From positions 1,718 through 65,717 of the forward strand of contig CANHZX010000001.1 of the NCBI GenBank assembly GCA_947465215.1: DNA of 64,000 bases. Reading direction: 5' to 3'. The stretch is from Betaproteobacteria bacterium (lineage in GTDB: Bacteria; Pseudomonadota; Gammaproteobacteria; Burkholderiales; SG8-41). Under the pieces are notes generated by a model. The model saw only the letters and a program-made list of their open reading frames with translations. It made no database searches and was not told the origin of the DNA. The position numbers and the translations under genes are program-made. This document shows positions 27,860 through 36,546 of this stretch, in pieces (position 1 is the stretch's first letter; every line of letters starts with the position of its first letter).

Positions 27860-28435
27860 TTAAAACCCCAGCGATTCGCCCGCACCCAGCAGGGTTGCGA
27901 TGCCGAGAATCAGGAAAATGGCCGCAGCAACCCGATGCACGATGGTGACCGGCATCCGGTCGGCAATGCGGTCACCGAGGATCACCGCCGGCACATTGGC
28001 AATCATCATGCCCAGCGTGGTGCCAAGAACCACCGGCACCACTGTCTGATACTGTGCCGCCAGCGCAACCGTCGCGATCTGTGTCTTGTCGCCCATCTCG
28101 GCCAGGAAGAAGGCGATCAGCGTAGTGACGAACACGCCGGCTTTCGGAAATTTGGCGTCATTCTCATCAAATTTGTCGGGGATGAGCATCCACCCCGCCA
28201 TCGCAATAAACGAAATGCCGAGAATCCAGCGCAGGGTCTCGGGACCGAGAATGGATGTGATCCACGCACCCACCACACCCGCAAGGGCATGATTGAACAG
28301 GGTGGCGACCAGAATGCCGAAACAGATCGGCCATGGCTTGCGGAATTTTGCGGCGAGGATGAAAGACAGCAGTTGTGTCTTATCGCCGATTTCAGCGAGT
28401 GCAACGATTCCGGTGGAAATGAGAAAGGCTTCCAA
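27860..28435 (-). CDS. UPF0016 / GDT1 (TMEM165) family cation exporter, probable Mn2+ exporter
   Basis: Two copies of the E-x-GDK-(T/S) motif (EIGDKTQ and EMGDKTQ). TTG start at 28435, 6 nt after AAGGAG. Confidence 0.85.
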   Translation of the reverse strand: MEAFLISTGIVALAEIGDKTQLLSFILAAKFRKPWPICFGILVATLFNHALAGVVGAWITSILGPETLRWILGISFIAMAGWMLIPDKFDENDAKFPKAGVFVTTLIAFFLAEMGDKTQIATVALAAQYQTVVPVVLGTTLGMMIANVPAVILGDRIADRMPVTIVHRVAAAIFLILGIATLLGAGESLGF

Positions 28436-28500
28436 CTTGAACTCCTTGGCCGGTTAAAGACAGATGACCACACCGCTTCTCCGGCCAGTCCGAAGGCGAT

Positions 28501-28606
28501 ATGGTCAAAGGTCTTGCCAAGTCAGGAAACCGCTTGCGCCATGGCCCGCAGACCAAGTGTGTTGACGCAAGCACCTCTCTAGGAGGGCGGCTACTCCCCA
28601 ATGACC
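28501..28606 (-). promoter_or_regulatory. yybP-ykoY (Mn2+) riboswitch aptamer
   Basis: Minus strand reads GGTCAttGGGGAGTAGCCGCC...GCTTGCGTCAACACAC...CGCAAGCGG...TTGGCAAGACCTTTGACC. From memory, the GGGGAGUAG and GCAAGACC blocks and the closing helix (GGTCA/TGACC) match the family consensus. It sits directly 5' of a UPF0016 gene. Confidence 0.75.
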
Positions 28607-28649
28607 GGACGATTGTAATGGGCAGCCAACCCCCTGTCTATTCAACCGC

Positions 28650-29888
28650 CTAAAACCCGAACAGCCCTTTCAGCGCCTTCACGCCTTCCTGCACCGCATC
28701 GGCCGGATTGGGCGTCGCCGAACTGCCACCCGATGCAGCGCCGCCGCTGCGCGACCGCGATCCGCTGCCGCCTATGCCATCTTCACCGAGCATTGCTGCA
28801 GCGGTGGATTTGAATCGAACCTTGGCCGCCCACTCCTGGTTCCAAACGGCATTGGGATCCTTGGGTCGCGGCGGATGCACGAAGTTGGCCTCATCACCAT
28901 AAGCGATGAAACGCAGGAAGGCAGCAGGCGCTGCCGCGACAAACTGGGCCGGTACCACGCACTCCGTCGTCGAGGCCGGCATCACCACGCGCTCCTTGAT
29001 CAGCCGCGCGACTTCAGCCGGCGGCAGCCAGTTCATCAACTGGTCCCCGAATTCACGGCTGTTGCTGGAACTCCAGAATACGACGTCTTCGGTGCCTTCC
29101 TTTCCGCCCATCGCCGTTGCGAAATAACCGTTGGCATTGGCAACGCCGTTCCATGACAGGCGGATGCCGCCGCCGGATTTCGCCTGCGCCAGATTCACCG
29201 GCTGCATGAAATCGAATTTTTCGGCGAGTGAAAACCGGATATCCGGCGAATAGTTGCCCTTGACCTGATGCTCACCGCGCAAGGAAGCATCGCCCGGCAC
29301 ACGCTGGCCGTCTCGCTGATTGGGCCAGTCACCATAGGTCTTGCTGCGCGAAGCCGAAGGCCCGCGCGGCACGTTGACGCGGCGGCTGATCAGGCCCTGC
29401 GGCACATCGCCTTGAGCGAGTTTCGAAAAATCAATCACATAGGGCTGACCGGCGCCGGCCTGCTCACCGCAACCCCAGAAAATCAGCATGCGGCCTCGCG
29501 GTTTCTCGAAATTCTCCGGCATACCGTCTTCACGCGGTTCCGCACGCTGGCGCTGCGGCGTTTCCAGCGGCAGGCTGGCACCCATCTTCATACCGGCAGG
29601 AATCTCGTGCGCCGCAGCCGGCGTACCGGACGCACTGCGCTGTGATCCGAGTTCCAGCCACATCGTGCGGTTCGGTCCGCCCTCCATGCCGCCACCCAGT
29701 ATCATGCGGCCGATGTCCATTGCCGACGGACCACCGCCGCCACCCATACTGCCCATCGGCAGGCCACTGGTGGTATCGACGCTCATCCAGTAGACGGCAA
29801 TCGGCGGCGTGATTTTCTGCTGCTGGGTCAGCGCAGTCGCCGGACAGACCGCCAGCGCAGCGAGGGCATAACGCAGTGAATTCTTCAT
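28650..29888 (-). CDS. exported hypothetical protein, Met/Gly-rich N-terminal region (412 aa)
   Basis: ATG at 29888 with GGAG. Signal peptide MKNSLRYALAALAVCPATA. No domain I recognise. Confidence 0.6.
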   Translation of the reverse strand: MKNSLRYALAALAVCPATALTQQQKITPPIAVYWMSVDTTSGLPMGSMGGGGGPSAMDIGRMILGGGMEGGPNRTMWLELGSQRSASGTPAAAHEIPAGMKMGASLPLETPQRQRAEPREDGMPENFEKPRGRMLIFWGCGEQAGAGQPYVIDFSKLAQGDVPQGLISRRVNVPRGPSASRSKTYGDWPNQRDGQRVPGDASLRGEHQVKGNYSPDIRFSLAEKFDFMQPVNLAQAKSGGGIRLSWNGVANANGYFATAMGGKEGTEDVVFWSSSNSREFGDQLMNWLPPAEVARLIKERVVMPASTTECVVPAQFVAAAPAAFLRFIAYGDEANFVHPPRPKDPNAVWNQEWAAKVRFKSTAAAMLGEDGIGGSGSRSRSGGAASGGSSATPNPADAVQEGVKALKGLFGF

Positions 29889-30038
29889 AACAGTCTCCAT
29901 GGGTGCAGGATTCCGGAATTGTTGCCGCATTCGGTCGCCAGGTATTTGATCCTGATCATAGTTTATCGCGCGGCGCAGCGTGCAAACATCATTCGACGCA
30001 TGCTAGGCTGCACCTCAAACAGTTCCGGAGGAGAAACG

Positions 30039-31022
30039 ATGAAACGTATACGCATGAACAAGTTGCGTACAATAGTTCTGCTTGTCGCTGGACTCTGCAG
30101 CGTGAATTTCACGCAGGCGCAGAATTTTCCCAACCGCGCGGTGCGCATGCTGATTCCGTTCACGGTTGGCAGCGCGGCCGACGTGATCGCCCGCGCGATG
30201 GAACCGGCGCTGCGCGAACGTCTGGGCCAGCCGCTGGTGATCGACAACCGCGCTGGCGCCGGCGGCAACATCGCTGCCGAACTGACATCGAAAAGTGCGC
30301 CCGACGGCTACACGCTGTTCATGGGCACCATCGGTACACAGGCGATCAATTACAGCCTGTATTCCAAGCTCAACTACCACCCGCTGAACAGCTTCACGAC
30401 GATTGCACGTGTCGGCGACAGTCCCAATGTGCTGGTGCTCAATCCGTCGGTACCGGCGAAGTCAGTGAAGGAACTGATCGCGCTCGCCAAAGCCAAACCC
30501 GGCGTGCTGAACTACGGCACTTCCGGTGCAGGCACATCAGTACATCTGTCGGCGGAACTGTTCAACAGCATGGCCGGCGTGAAAACCGTACACGTCGCCT
30601 ACAAGGGCGCATCGGAAGCACTGACCGCACTGATCTCGGGACAGACGGACATCCAGTTCGCCAGCGTGTCGTCGGCGATTCCAATGATCAAGGCCGGACG
30701 TCTACGCGGATTGGGCGTGACTTCGCCGACGCGCGTTGCCGCCATTCCCGATGTGCCGACGATTGCCGAAGCTGGACTGCCGGGTTACGCCGCGGTGGCC
30801 TGGTACGGCATTGTCGGTCCGGCGGGCATCCCGACCCCGATCGTGGCGATTCTCAGCAAGGCCGCGCTCGACTCGCTGGCCCAGCCTGATGTGAAAACGC
30901 GCCTCGCCGCCTCCGGCGTTGAAGTGAATCCCGGCAACCCTGAGGAATTCCGCAAATTGATTGAAACTGAAATCCCGAAGTGGGCCGCCGTGGTCAAGGC
31001 CTCTGGCGCCAAAGCCGACTGA
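30039..31022 (+). CDS. Bug family substrate-binding protein (TctC-like)
   Basis: ATG at 30039 after GGAGGAG. Signal peptide plus the Bug blocks. Confidence 0.9.
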   Translation: MKRIRMNKLRTIVLLVAGLCSVNFTQAQNFPNRAVRMLIPFTVGSAADVIARAMEPALRERLGQPLVIDNRAGAGGNIAAELTSKSAPDGYTLFMGTIGTQAINYSLYSKLNYHPLNSFTTIARVGDSPNVLVLNPSVPAKSVKELIALAKAKPGVLNYGTSGAGTSVHLSAELFNSMAGVKTVHVAYKGASEALTALISGQTDIQFASVSSAIPMIKAGRLRGLGVTSPTRVAAIPDVPTIAEAGLPGYAAVAWYGIVGPAGIPTPIVAILSKAALDSLAQPDVKTRLAASGVEVNPGNPEEFRKLIETEIPKWAAVVKASGAKAD

Positions 31023-31037
31023 GTTTTGGGGCTCCAA

Positions 31038-31071
31038 TAAAAAAGCCGTTCATCAAGAACGGCTTTTTTTC
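31038..31071. terminator. bidirectional rho-independent terminator
   Basis: aaaaaaGCCGTTCatcaaGAACGGCttttttt between convergent genes. Confidence 0.8.
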
Positions 31072-31083
31072 CGATAGGCGGAG

Positions 31084-32055
31084 TCAGGCGATTTTCACAG
31101 CAATCTTTCCAACCATCGCACTGCTGTCCATGCGCGCTTTCGCCGCTGGCAATTCGTCAAAACTGAAAATACTGTCGATCAGCGGCTTGATCCGTCCATC
31201 CATGATCGCCGGCAGCACATCCCGCTTGAAACCGGTCGCCGCCTCAGCCTTGCCGGATGCCGGCAGATGCGCATTGGACACGCCGAACACTTCCAGCCGC
31301 CAGGCATGCACGGCATTGAGATCAATCTCGGCCTTGAACACGTTGTCGACATAACCGACAGTGGCCAGACGCCCGCGGAAACCCAGCGTGCGCATGCATT
31401 CGGCGAACACCGAGCCGCCGACGCCGTTGATCACCAGATCGATACCCTTGCCGCCGTTCAACTCCTTGACCTTGTCGGCAAAATCCGGCTTGCGTGTGGC
31501 GATGCCAAAATCGAGACCGATGGTTTTCAGCTTATCGATTTTTTCCTGCGAACCCGAAGTGCCGATCGACTTGGCACCGATCAGTTTCGCCAACTGGATG
31601 CTCGCCATACCCGCGCCTGAGGACACGCCCATGATCAGCACGGTTTCGCCTTTCTGCAGTTTGCCGAACTGGTAAATCATTTCCCATGCGGTGATAAAAC
31701 TGATCGGAATCGCCGCAGCTTCTTCCCAGGACAGATGCCCAGGCTTGGGCATCATCTGCGCGATGTCCATCACCGCGTATTCGGCAAAACCGCCGCGTAC
31801 ACGGCCGAACACCGCATCGCCGACCTTGACGCCGGTCACGCCTTCACCGATCGCGTGCACGACGCCGGAGGCTTCACCACCGCCGAGTTTTTCAGGGCCG
31901 CCATGCACCACGCCGCCGACAAACAGTTCGCCGCGGTTCAGCGCGGAAGCATGCACCTTGATGACCAGCTCGCCGGCTTTGGGCTGCGGTAACGGTACAT
32001 CGCGGAATTCGAGAACGTTTTTGTGATCTTTGGTGACGATCCAGCAGGATTTCAT
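31084..32055 (-). CDS. zinc-type alcohol dehydrogenase / NADPH:quinone oxidoreductase family (MDR superfamily)
   Basis: GroES-like N-terminus and a Rossmann GVSSGAG. 323 aa. Confidence 0.8.
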   Translation of the reverse strand: MKSCWIVTKDHKNVLEFRDVPLPQPKAGELVIKVHASALNRGELFVGGVVHGGPEKLGGGEASGVVHAIGEGVTGVKVGDAVFGRVRGGFAEYAVMDIAQMMPKPGHLSWEEAAAIPISFITAWEMIYQFGKLQKGETVLIMGVSSGAGMASIQLAKLIGAKSIGTSGSQEKIDKLKTIGLDFGIATRKPDFADKVKELNGGKGIDLVINGVGGSVFAECMRTLGFRGRLATVGYVDNVFKAEIDLNAVHAWRLEVFGVSNAHLPASGKAEAATGFKRDVLPAIMDGRIKPLIDSIFSFDELPAAKARMDSSAMVGKIAVKIA

Positions 32056-32101
32056 AATTTTTCCATAAAAACAATAGGTTGTGGATTCTCAACAAGCCGG
32101 T

Positions 32102-33094
32102 TTATTCGATGCCTGTCTCACGCACGATTGGCGCCCAGCGCTTCAGTTCCTTCTGCAGGAACTGCGTCGCGCGCTCCGGCGATGAGGTCGTCACCGCTTC
32201 GGCCCCGGCTTTGCGCAGGAACTCCTGCATGTCCGCCGACGCCAGCACTTTCTGGTTGGCTTGTACGAGCGTATCGACAATCGGCTTCGGCGTGTTCGGC
32301 GGCAGGAAAATCGCGTTGAAGGCCTGCACCACCAGTTCCGGCATGCCGGCCTGGATCGCGGTGGGTACATCCGGCACTGCCTTCAACCGTTCTTCTGAAC
32401 AGATCGCGAGCATGCGGATGCGGCCCTGCTTGTGATACTCCAGCGGCGCCGAGCTGATCGTCGGCGTGTACATCGGAATGTGACCGGCGACGAGATCGGT
32501 CAACCCCGGACCCGCACCTTTATACGGCACGTGCACGATATTGAGGTCGCCATTCAGTTTCTTGAACAGTTCGCCGGTCAGATGGGTAATGCTGCCGGTA
32601 CCCGCCGAACCGAAAGAAAGCTTGCCGGGATTCTTTTTCGCGAAGGCCGCGAGTTCCTTCAGCGTCTTCGGTGGCAGCGACGGATGCACCGCGACGCCCG
32701 TCGGCACCAGCGTGATGATGCCCAGCGGCGTGAAATCCTTCAGCGGATCATAACCAAGCTTCGGATTGCCCAGCGGGCTCAACACGTGAGTTGTGGTATT
32801 TGCGATCAGCATCGTATAACCGTCGGGTTTAGCGCGCGCCACTTCCTGCGAGCCGATGCCGCCGGAAGCACCGGCGCGGTTTTCGACGATGATGCTCTGG
32901 CCGATGAGGCGCGACAGATCCTGTGCCCATCGCCGGCCGATGATGTCATTGACGCCGCCGGGCGCGAAGGGCACCACCAGTCGCAGTGTGCGTTCGGGAT
33001 ATTTGCCCTGGGCCATCGCCTGCCCGGAGTTCCATTGCATCGCGACAGCTGCAAGCACGGCAATACCGCCGGACAGGATTGAACGATTGATCAT
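32102..33094 (-). CDS. Bug family substrate-binding protein (TctC-like)
   Basis: Signal peptide plus the Bug blocks. RBS GAGGAA. Confidence 0.9.
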   Translation of the reverse strand: MINRSILSGGIAVLAAVAMQWNSGQAMAQGKYPERTLRLVVPFAPGGVNDIIGRRWAQDLSRLIGQSIIVENRAGASGGIGSQEVARAKPDGYTMLIANTTTHVLSPLGNPKLGYDPLKDFTPLGIITLVPTGVAVHPSLPPKTLKELAAFAKKNPGKLSFGSAGTGSITHLTGELFKKLNGDLNIVHVPYKGAGPGLTDLVAGHIPMYTPTISSAPLEYHKQGRIRMLAICSEERLKAVPDVPTAIQAGMPELVVQAFNAIFLPPNTPKPIVDTLVQANQKVLASADMQEFLRKAGAEAVTTSSPERATQFLQKELKRWAPIVRETGIE

Positions 33095-33210
33095 GGTGTA
33101 TTCCTCGGATTACATTGGTTTGTAAGTGCTTTTTTGACTGCCGGACTGCGAGGGGGTTTGATGCTAATGGGTATCGCCTGCTGCCGCAACCGCGATACCG
33201 CTCAGCGCGT

Positions 33211-36200
33211 TTAACAAGGCCATTCGCGCCAGCCGCCGAGCAAGGGGAAATAAAGACCCAGCCGGATGGACTGCTCGCTGCGCAGCAAGTCCCCTTTGGA
33301 TGCGCCGCCAGCCTGCAGCAGCCTTGCATAACGCTCGAGCTGACTGCGATAACGCAGTTGCTCGTTGTCGAGAAAGGCGTCGACGTCGCCGCCTTCGTGG
33401 GTGCTGGTCTTGTAATCAATGATCCAGCGCACGCCCTGCTCATCCACAAACGTGCGGTCGATCACGATATTGATGCGCTGGCCGTCAACGAGACCGGTAA
33501 GCCGCAGCTCCGAGCGTCCCTGCGCCTGCGCACCCAGCAGCCAGCGGCCGCGCTCATCGCTGACACAACGGATCAGCGCCTGCTGCGCACGCGCAGCCGC
33601 CTCGGGAATTTCCGGCTCACCGACACCCTGCGCCGCCAACGCCAAGCGGATCGCCGGGCCCAGCGCATGGATGCGCGCAGCATCCCAACCGGCACCGCCC
33701 TCGTCAGCAATGCGCTGCAGCCAGCGGTGCACGACGCTGCCGACAAGGCGCGCCGTTTCACCGACCCAGGAGAACTCGAGATCATCCTGCGCACGCGCGG
33801 GTTCCGGCGGCGGCGTCCACGAGGCTGCCGGCGGCGGCTCGGGCAATTGCCAGCCGGACTGCAACCGGCGCAGTTGTTGATCAATCACCAATGGCTGCGC
33901 ACCGACATCCTGCATCGGCGGGTCGATAGCCGGCAACGAGGCCTCGTACTGCGACGACACCACCGGCCACAGCTTGCCAAGCAGCGACCGCGCCGATGGC
34001 GCCTTGATGCGCAGCCCATCTTCGTCAGGTGATAAGCCGACGCTGCCCAGCAAGTGCAGTTGCCTTTTGGCGCGAGTGGCGGCCACATACAGCAGCCGCC
34101 CGTCTTCGAGCGCCTGCTTCTCGGCATGGAAACGTGCGATCCACTGGTAAATCGCGTCACCTTCGTCACCCGCGGCATTGATCGGCGCGAGCAGCAGTTC
34201 CGTTTCACCGTGCAAATCCGGCTGCTCTGTCCACAGGAAAAGTTTTTTCTCATCGCTGCGCGGAGTCCGCGCCAGGCCGGGCACAATCACAACATCGAAT
34301 TCCAGACCTTTGGCCTTGTGGATGGTCATAATCTGCAGCGTATCGTCGGCCTCAACATCGGCCAGCGCATAAAGTTCACCGAGACCGTCTTCAAATGCGG
34401 CGCGGTCCGGCAGTTCGCCGGCTTCTTCATGGCGGTCGAGATAACGGAAAAACACTTCCGCATCTTCGAGATCGGTTTCGTACTCGACACAGGCCGGTCC
34501 TCCGAGAGCGAACCACGCGCCAGCCACCTGCTCGCGCAGCGGTGCGCGCCGGCGCTGTTGCAGGCTGGGCGCCAGAGCAGCCGACAGGCGTTCGGCACGC
34601 ACGCGACCGTCGGCAGAGAGTTGCGCAAGACGCTGCGTATCATGCAGTGCATCCCACAACGTGATGGCTGAATGATCTGCAGCCAGCGCATGCAAATCGG
34701 CCAGAGTCAGACCGCACCACGGTGCGCGCAGCACCGCGAGCCAGGCCAGCCGGTCGCCCGGATGCGCCAGTGCACGGGTCAGCGCCAGCAGATCCTGCAC
34801 CACCGGACGCTGACCCAGCGGCTCGATGTCGATGGCGCGGAAGCGCAGTTTCGCCGCCTTCAGCGCCGGAACAATCGCGCGCAGATGTCCGCGGGTGCGC
34901 GTCAGTATCGCCACCTTCGCGGCCGGATCCGCGGCGCGTGCAGCCAGCACAATTTCTGCAACCTGCTTCGCTTCCGCAGAGCCGTCGTCATCGAACAGGG
35001 GATGCACATGAACGGCGGTGCCGGGCAATGCTGCCCGGGTCGGTACAGACGCGGTGTACGGCACAGCACCGGAAGCCATGTTTTCTGTCGCCGGCAGAAC
35101 GCGTGCAAACGCGGTATTGACCCAGTCAACGATTCCCGACTGCGATCTGAAATTCGATGACAGCGCAATCGGATACAGTTCGACGCCTGCAATGCCTTCA
35201 GCTCGCGCACGGAGGAACAAACCAACCTCCGCTTCACGGAAACGGTAGATCGACTGCATGGGATCACCGACAGCAAATACGGTGCGTCCGTCATCCGGAA
35301 GCCAGCCCGCGGTCAATCGTGCAACCAGCTCGTACTGACTGATGGAGGTGTCCTGGAATTCGTCAATCAACAGATGATGGATGCGGTAATCCAGCGCAAG
35401 CGTCAGATCGGTCGGTGCGTCTTCAGCGCCCAGCGCCAGCAGCGCACTCTGCGCAACTTCGGTGAAGTCGACTTGCCGGCGTGACTGGAACACCAGTTTC
35501 AGCTGCGCGGCCGCCTGCGGCAACAGGCGCAGGATGGCGCCGAGCACCTGCCACTGACTGTCACTGTATTGCGCTGGCGGCAGCTGACGCATGTCCGCCA
35601 GCGCCATGCGCAGATCCGATGCACCCTCCAGCGTCGCGAACAAGGCCAGTGCACGCTCCTTCCAGGGTTGTGCCTCCTTGCCCGCGGGAAAACCTTCGTT
35701 TTTGGTCAAGCGCTTGCGCCACGATCCGTCCGCAGTCAGGAATACGCCGGCCAGCGTCGTCCAGCCTTCAACCTCATCGGAAAAGTGCCCCAACCCCAGA
35801 TTGCCGAAGGCATAATCCGCCAGCGCGGACCATTCAGCTTCGATCTGACGCGGAACCGCAATGCGCAAATGCTCCAAAGCCAGATCGCGGGCATGCTGCA
35901 ACGCCGCCTCGAGTTCATCCCGCTCGCGGCCATGAACATGACGCAGCCACTGGTCCCGCCGCGCCAGCATGTCGACCAGCAGGTCCTCAGTCCGCGCAAC
36001 ATCGTTGTCGAGATGCGCCAGTACCGTTTCAACGTCGGTCGCAACGGCAGCATTTTCATTGACCAGCGCAATCGTCGCCTGCGCGGCCTGACGATAAAGC
36101 ACCTCGGCGTCTTCAACGCTGTCAGGCTGCGCGCCGAAACGCGACAGCACCGGCATCTGCCGCGTCAGGCCGGCGCACAGAGAATCAATGGTCTGGATAC

Positions 36201-36546
36201 GCAACTGCGCGGGATTGTCGACGAGCTGCCAGCCGGCCTCGCGATCACGCTTCAGCGCGGCTGCGGCAAGTTGCAGTGTCAACTTTTCATGCTCGGATCC
36301 CGGTGCTTTTTCAGACTGTGCATCGGCAAGCGCCTGCAACACGCGCTCGCGCATTTCGCCTGCGGCTTTTTTGGTAAAAGTCACAGCGATTATTTCTTCC
36401 GCGTTGTTTACGCGCGCAAGCAGCAGCAGATAACGCTGAATCAGCAACTCTGTTTTACCCGAACCGGCCGGCGCCTGAACAATGAAGGAGCGGCGCGGGT
36501 CCAGCGCTTCGCGACGTTGTGCGAGATCGGGAATGGCTACCGTCAT
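33211..36546 (-). CDS. UvrD/REP-type helicase with C-terminal PD-(D/E)XK nuclease (AddA-like)
   Basis: Walker A APAGSGKTE, DEFQDTS, a C-terminal IDR...IIDYKT nuclease motif and QLxxY. ATG at 36546 overlaps the upstream TGA (ATGA). Confidence 0.85.
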   Translation of the reverse strand: MTVAIPDLAQRREALDPRRSFIVQAPAGSGKTELLIQRYLLLLARVNNAEEIIAVTFTKKAAGEMRERVLQALADAQSEKAPGSEHEKLTLQLAAAALKRDREAGWQLVDNPAQLRIQTIDSLCAGLTRQMPVLSRFGAQPDSVEDAEVLYRQAAQATIALVNENAAVATDVETVLAHLDNDVARTEDLLVDMLARRDQWLRHVHGRERDELEAALQHARDLALEHLRIAVPRQIEAEWSALADYAFGNLGLGHFSDEVEGWTTLAGVFLTADGSWRKRLTKNEGFPAGKEAQPWKERALALFATLEGASDLRMALADMRQLPPAQYSDSQWQVLGAILRLLPQAAAQLKLVFQSRRQVDFTEVAQSALLALGAEDAPTDLTLALDYRIHHLLIDEFQDTSISQYELVARLTAGWLPDDGRTVFAVGDPMQSIYRFREAEVGLFLRARAEGIAGVELYPIALSSNFRSQSGIVDWVNTAFARVLPATENMASGAVPYTASVPTRAALPGTAVHVHPLFDDDGSAEAKQVAEIVLAARAADPAAKVAILTRTRGHLRAIVPALKAAKLRFRAIDIEPLGQRPVVQDLLALTRALAHPGDRLAWLAVLRAPWCGLTLADLHALAADHSAITLWDALHDTQRLAQLSADGRVRAERLSAALAPSLQQRRRAPLREQVAGAWFALGGPACVEYETDLEDAEVFFRYLDRHEEAGELPDRAAFEDGLGELYALADVEADDTLQIMTIHKAKGLEFDVVIVPGLARTPRSDEKKLFLWTEQPDLHGETELLLAPINAAGDEGDAIYQWIARFHAEKQALEDGRLLYVAATRAKRQLHLLGSVGLSPDEDGLRIKAPSARSLLGKLWPVVSSQYEASLPAIDPPMQDVGAQPLVIDQQLRRLQSGWQLPEPPPAASWTPPPEPARAQDDLEFSWVGETARLVGSVVHRWLQRIADEGGAGWDAARIHALGPAIRLALAAQGVGEPEIPEAAARAQQALIRCVSDERGRWLLGAQAQGRSELRLTGLVDGQRINIVIDRTFVDEQGVRWIIDYKTSTHEGGDVDAFLDNEQLRYRSQLERYARLLQAGGASKGDLLRSEQSIRLGLYFPLLGGWREWPC

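Noticed and set aside
27824-28582. 252-aa plus-strand ORF spanning the GDT1 gene and the riboswitch.
   Set aside because: It is antisense to a well-supported membrane protein and to a structured RNA. It has a biased His/Arg/Gly-rich composition and no RBS.
29903-30889. 328-aa plus-strand ORF overlapping the Bug gene in another frame.
   Set aside because: The frame beginning at 30039 gives a canonical Bug protein with an SD and signal peptide. The alternative frame is Arg-rich nonsense.
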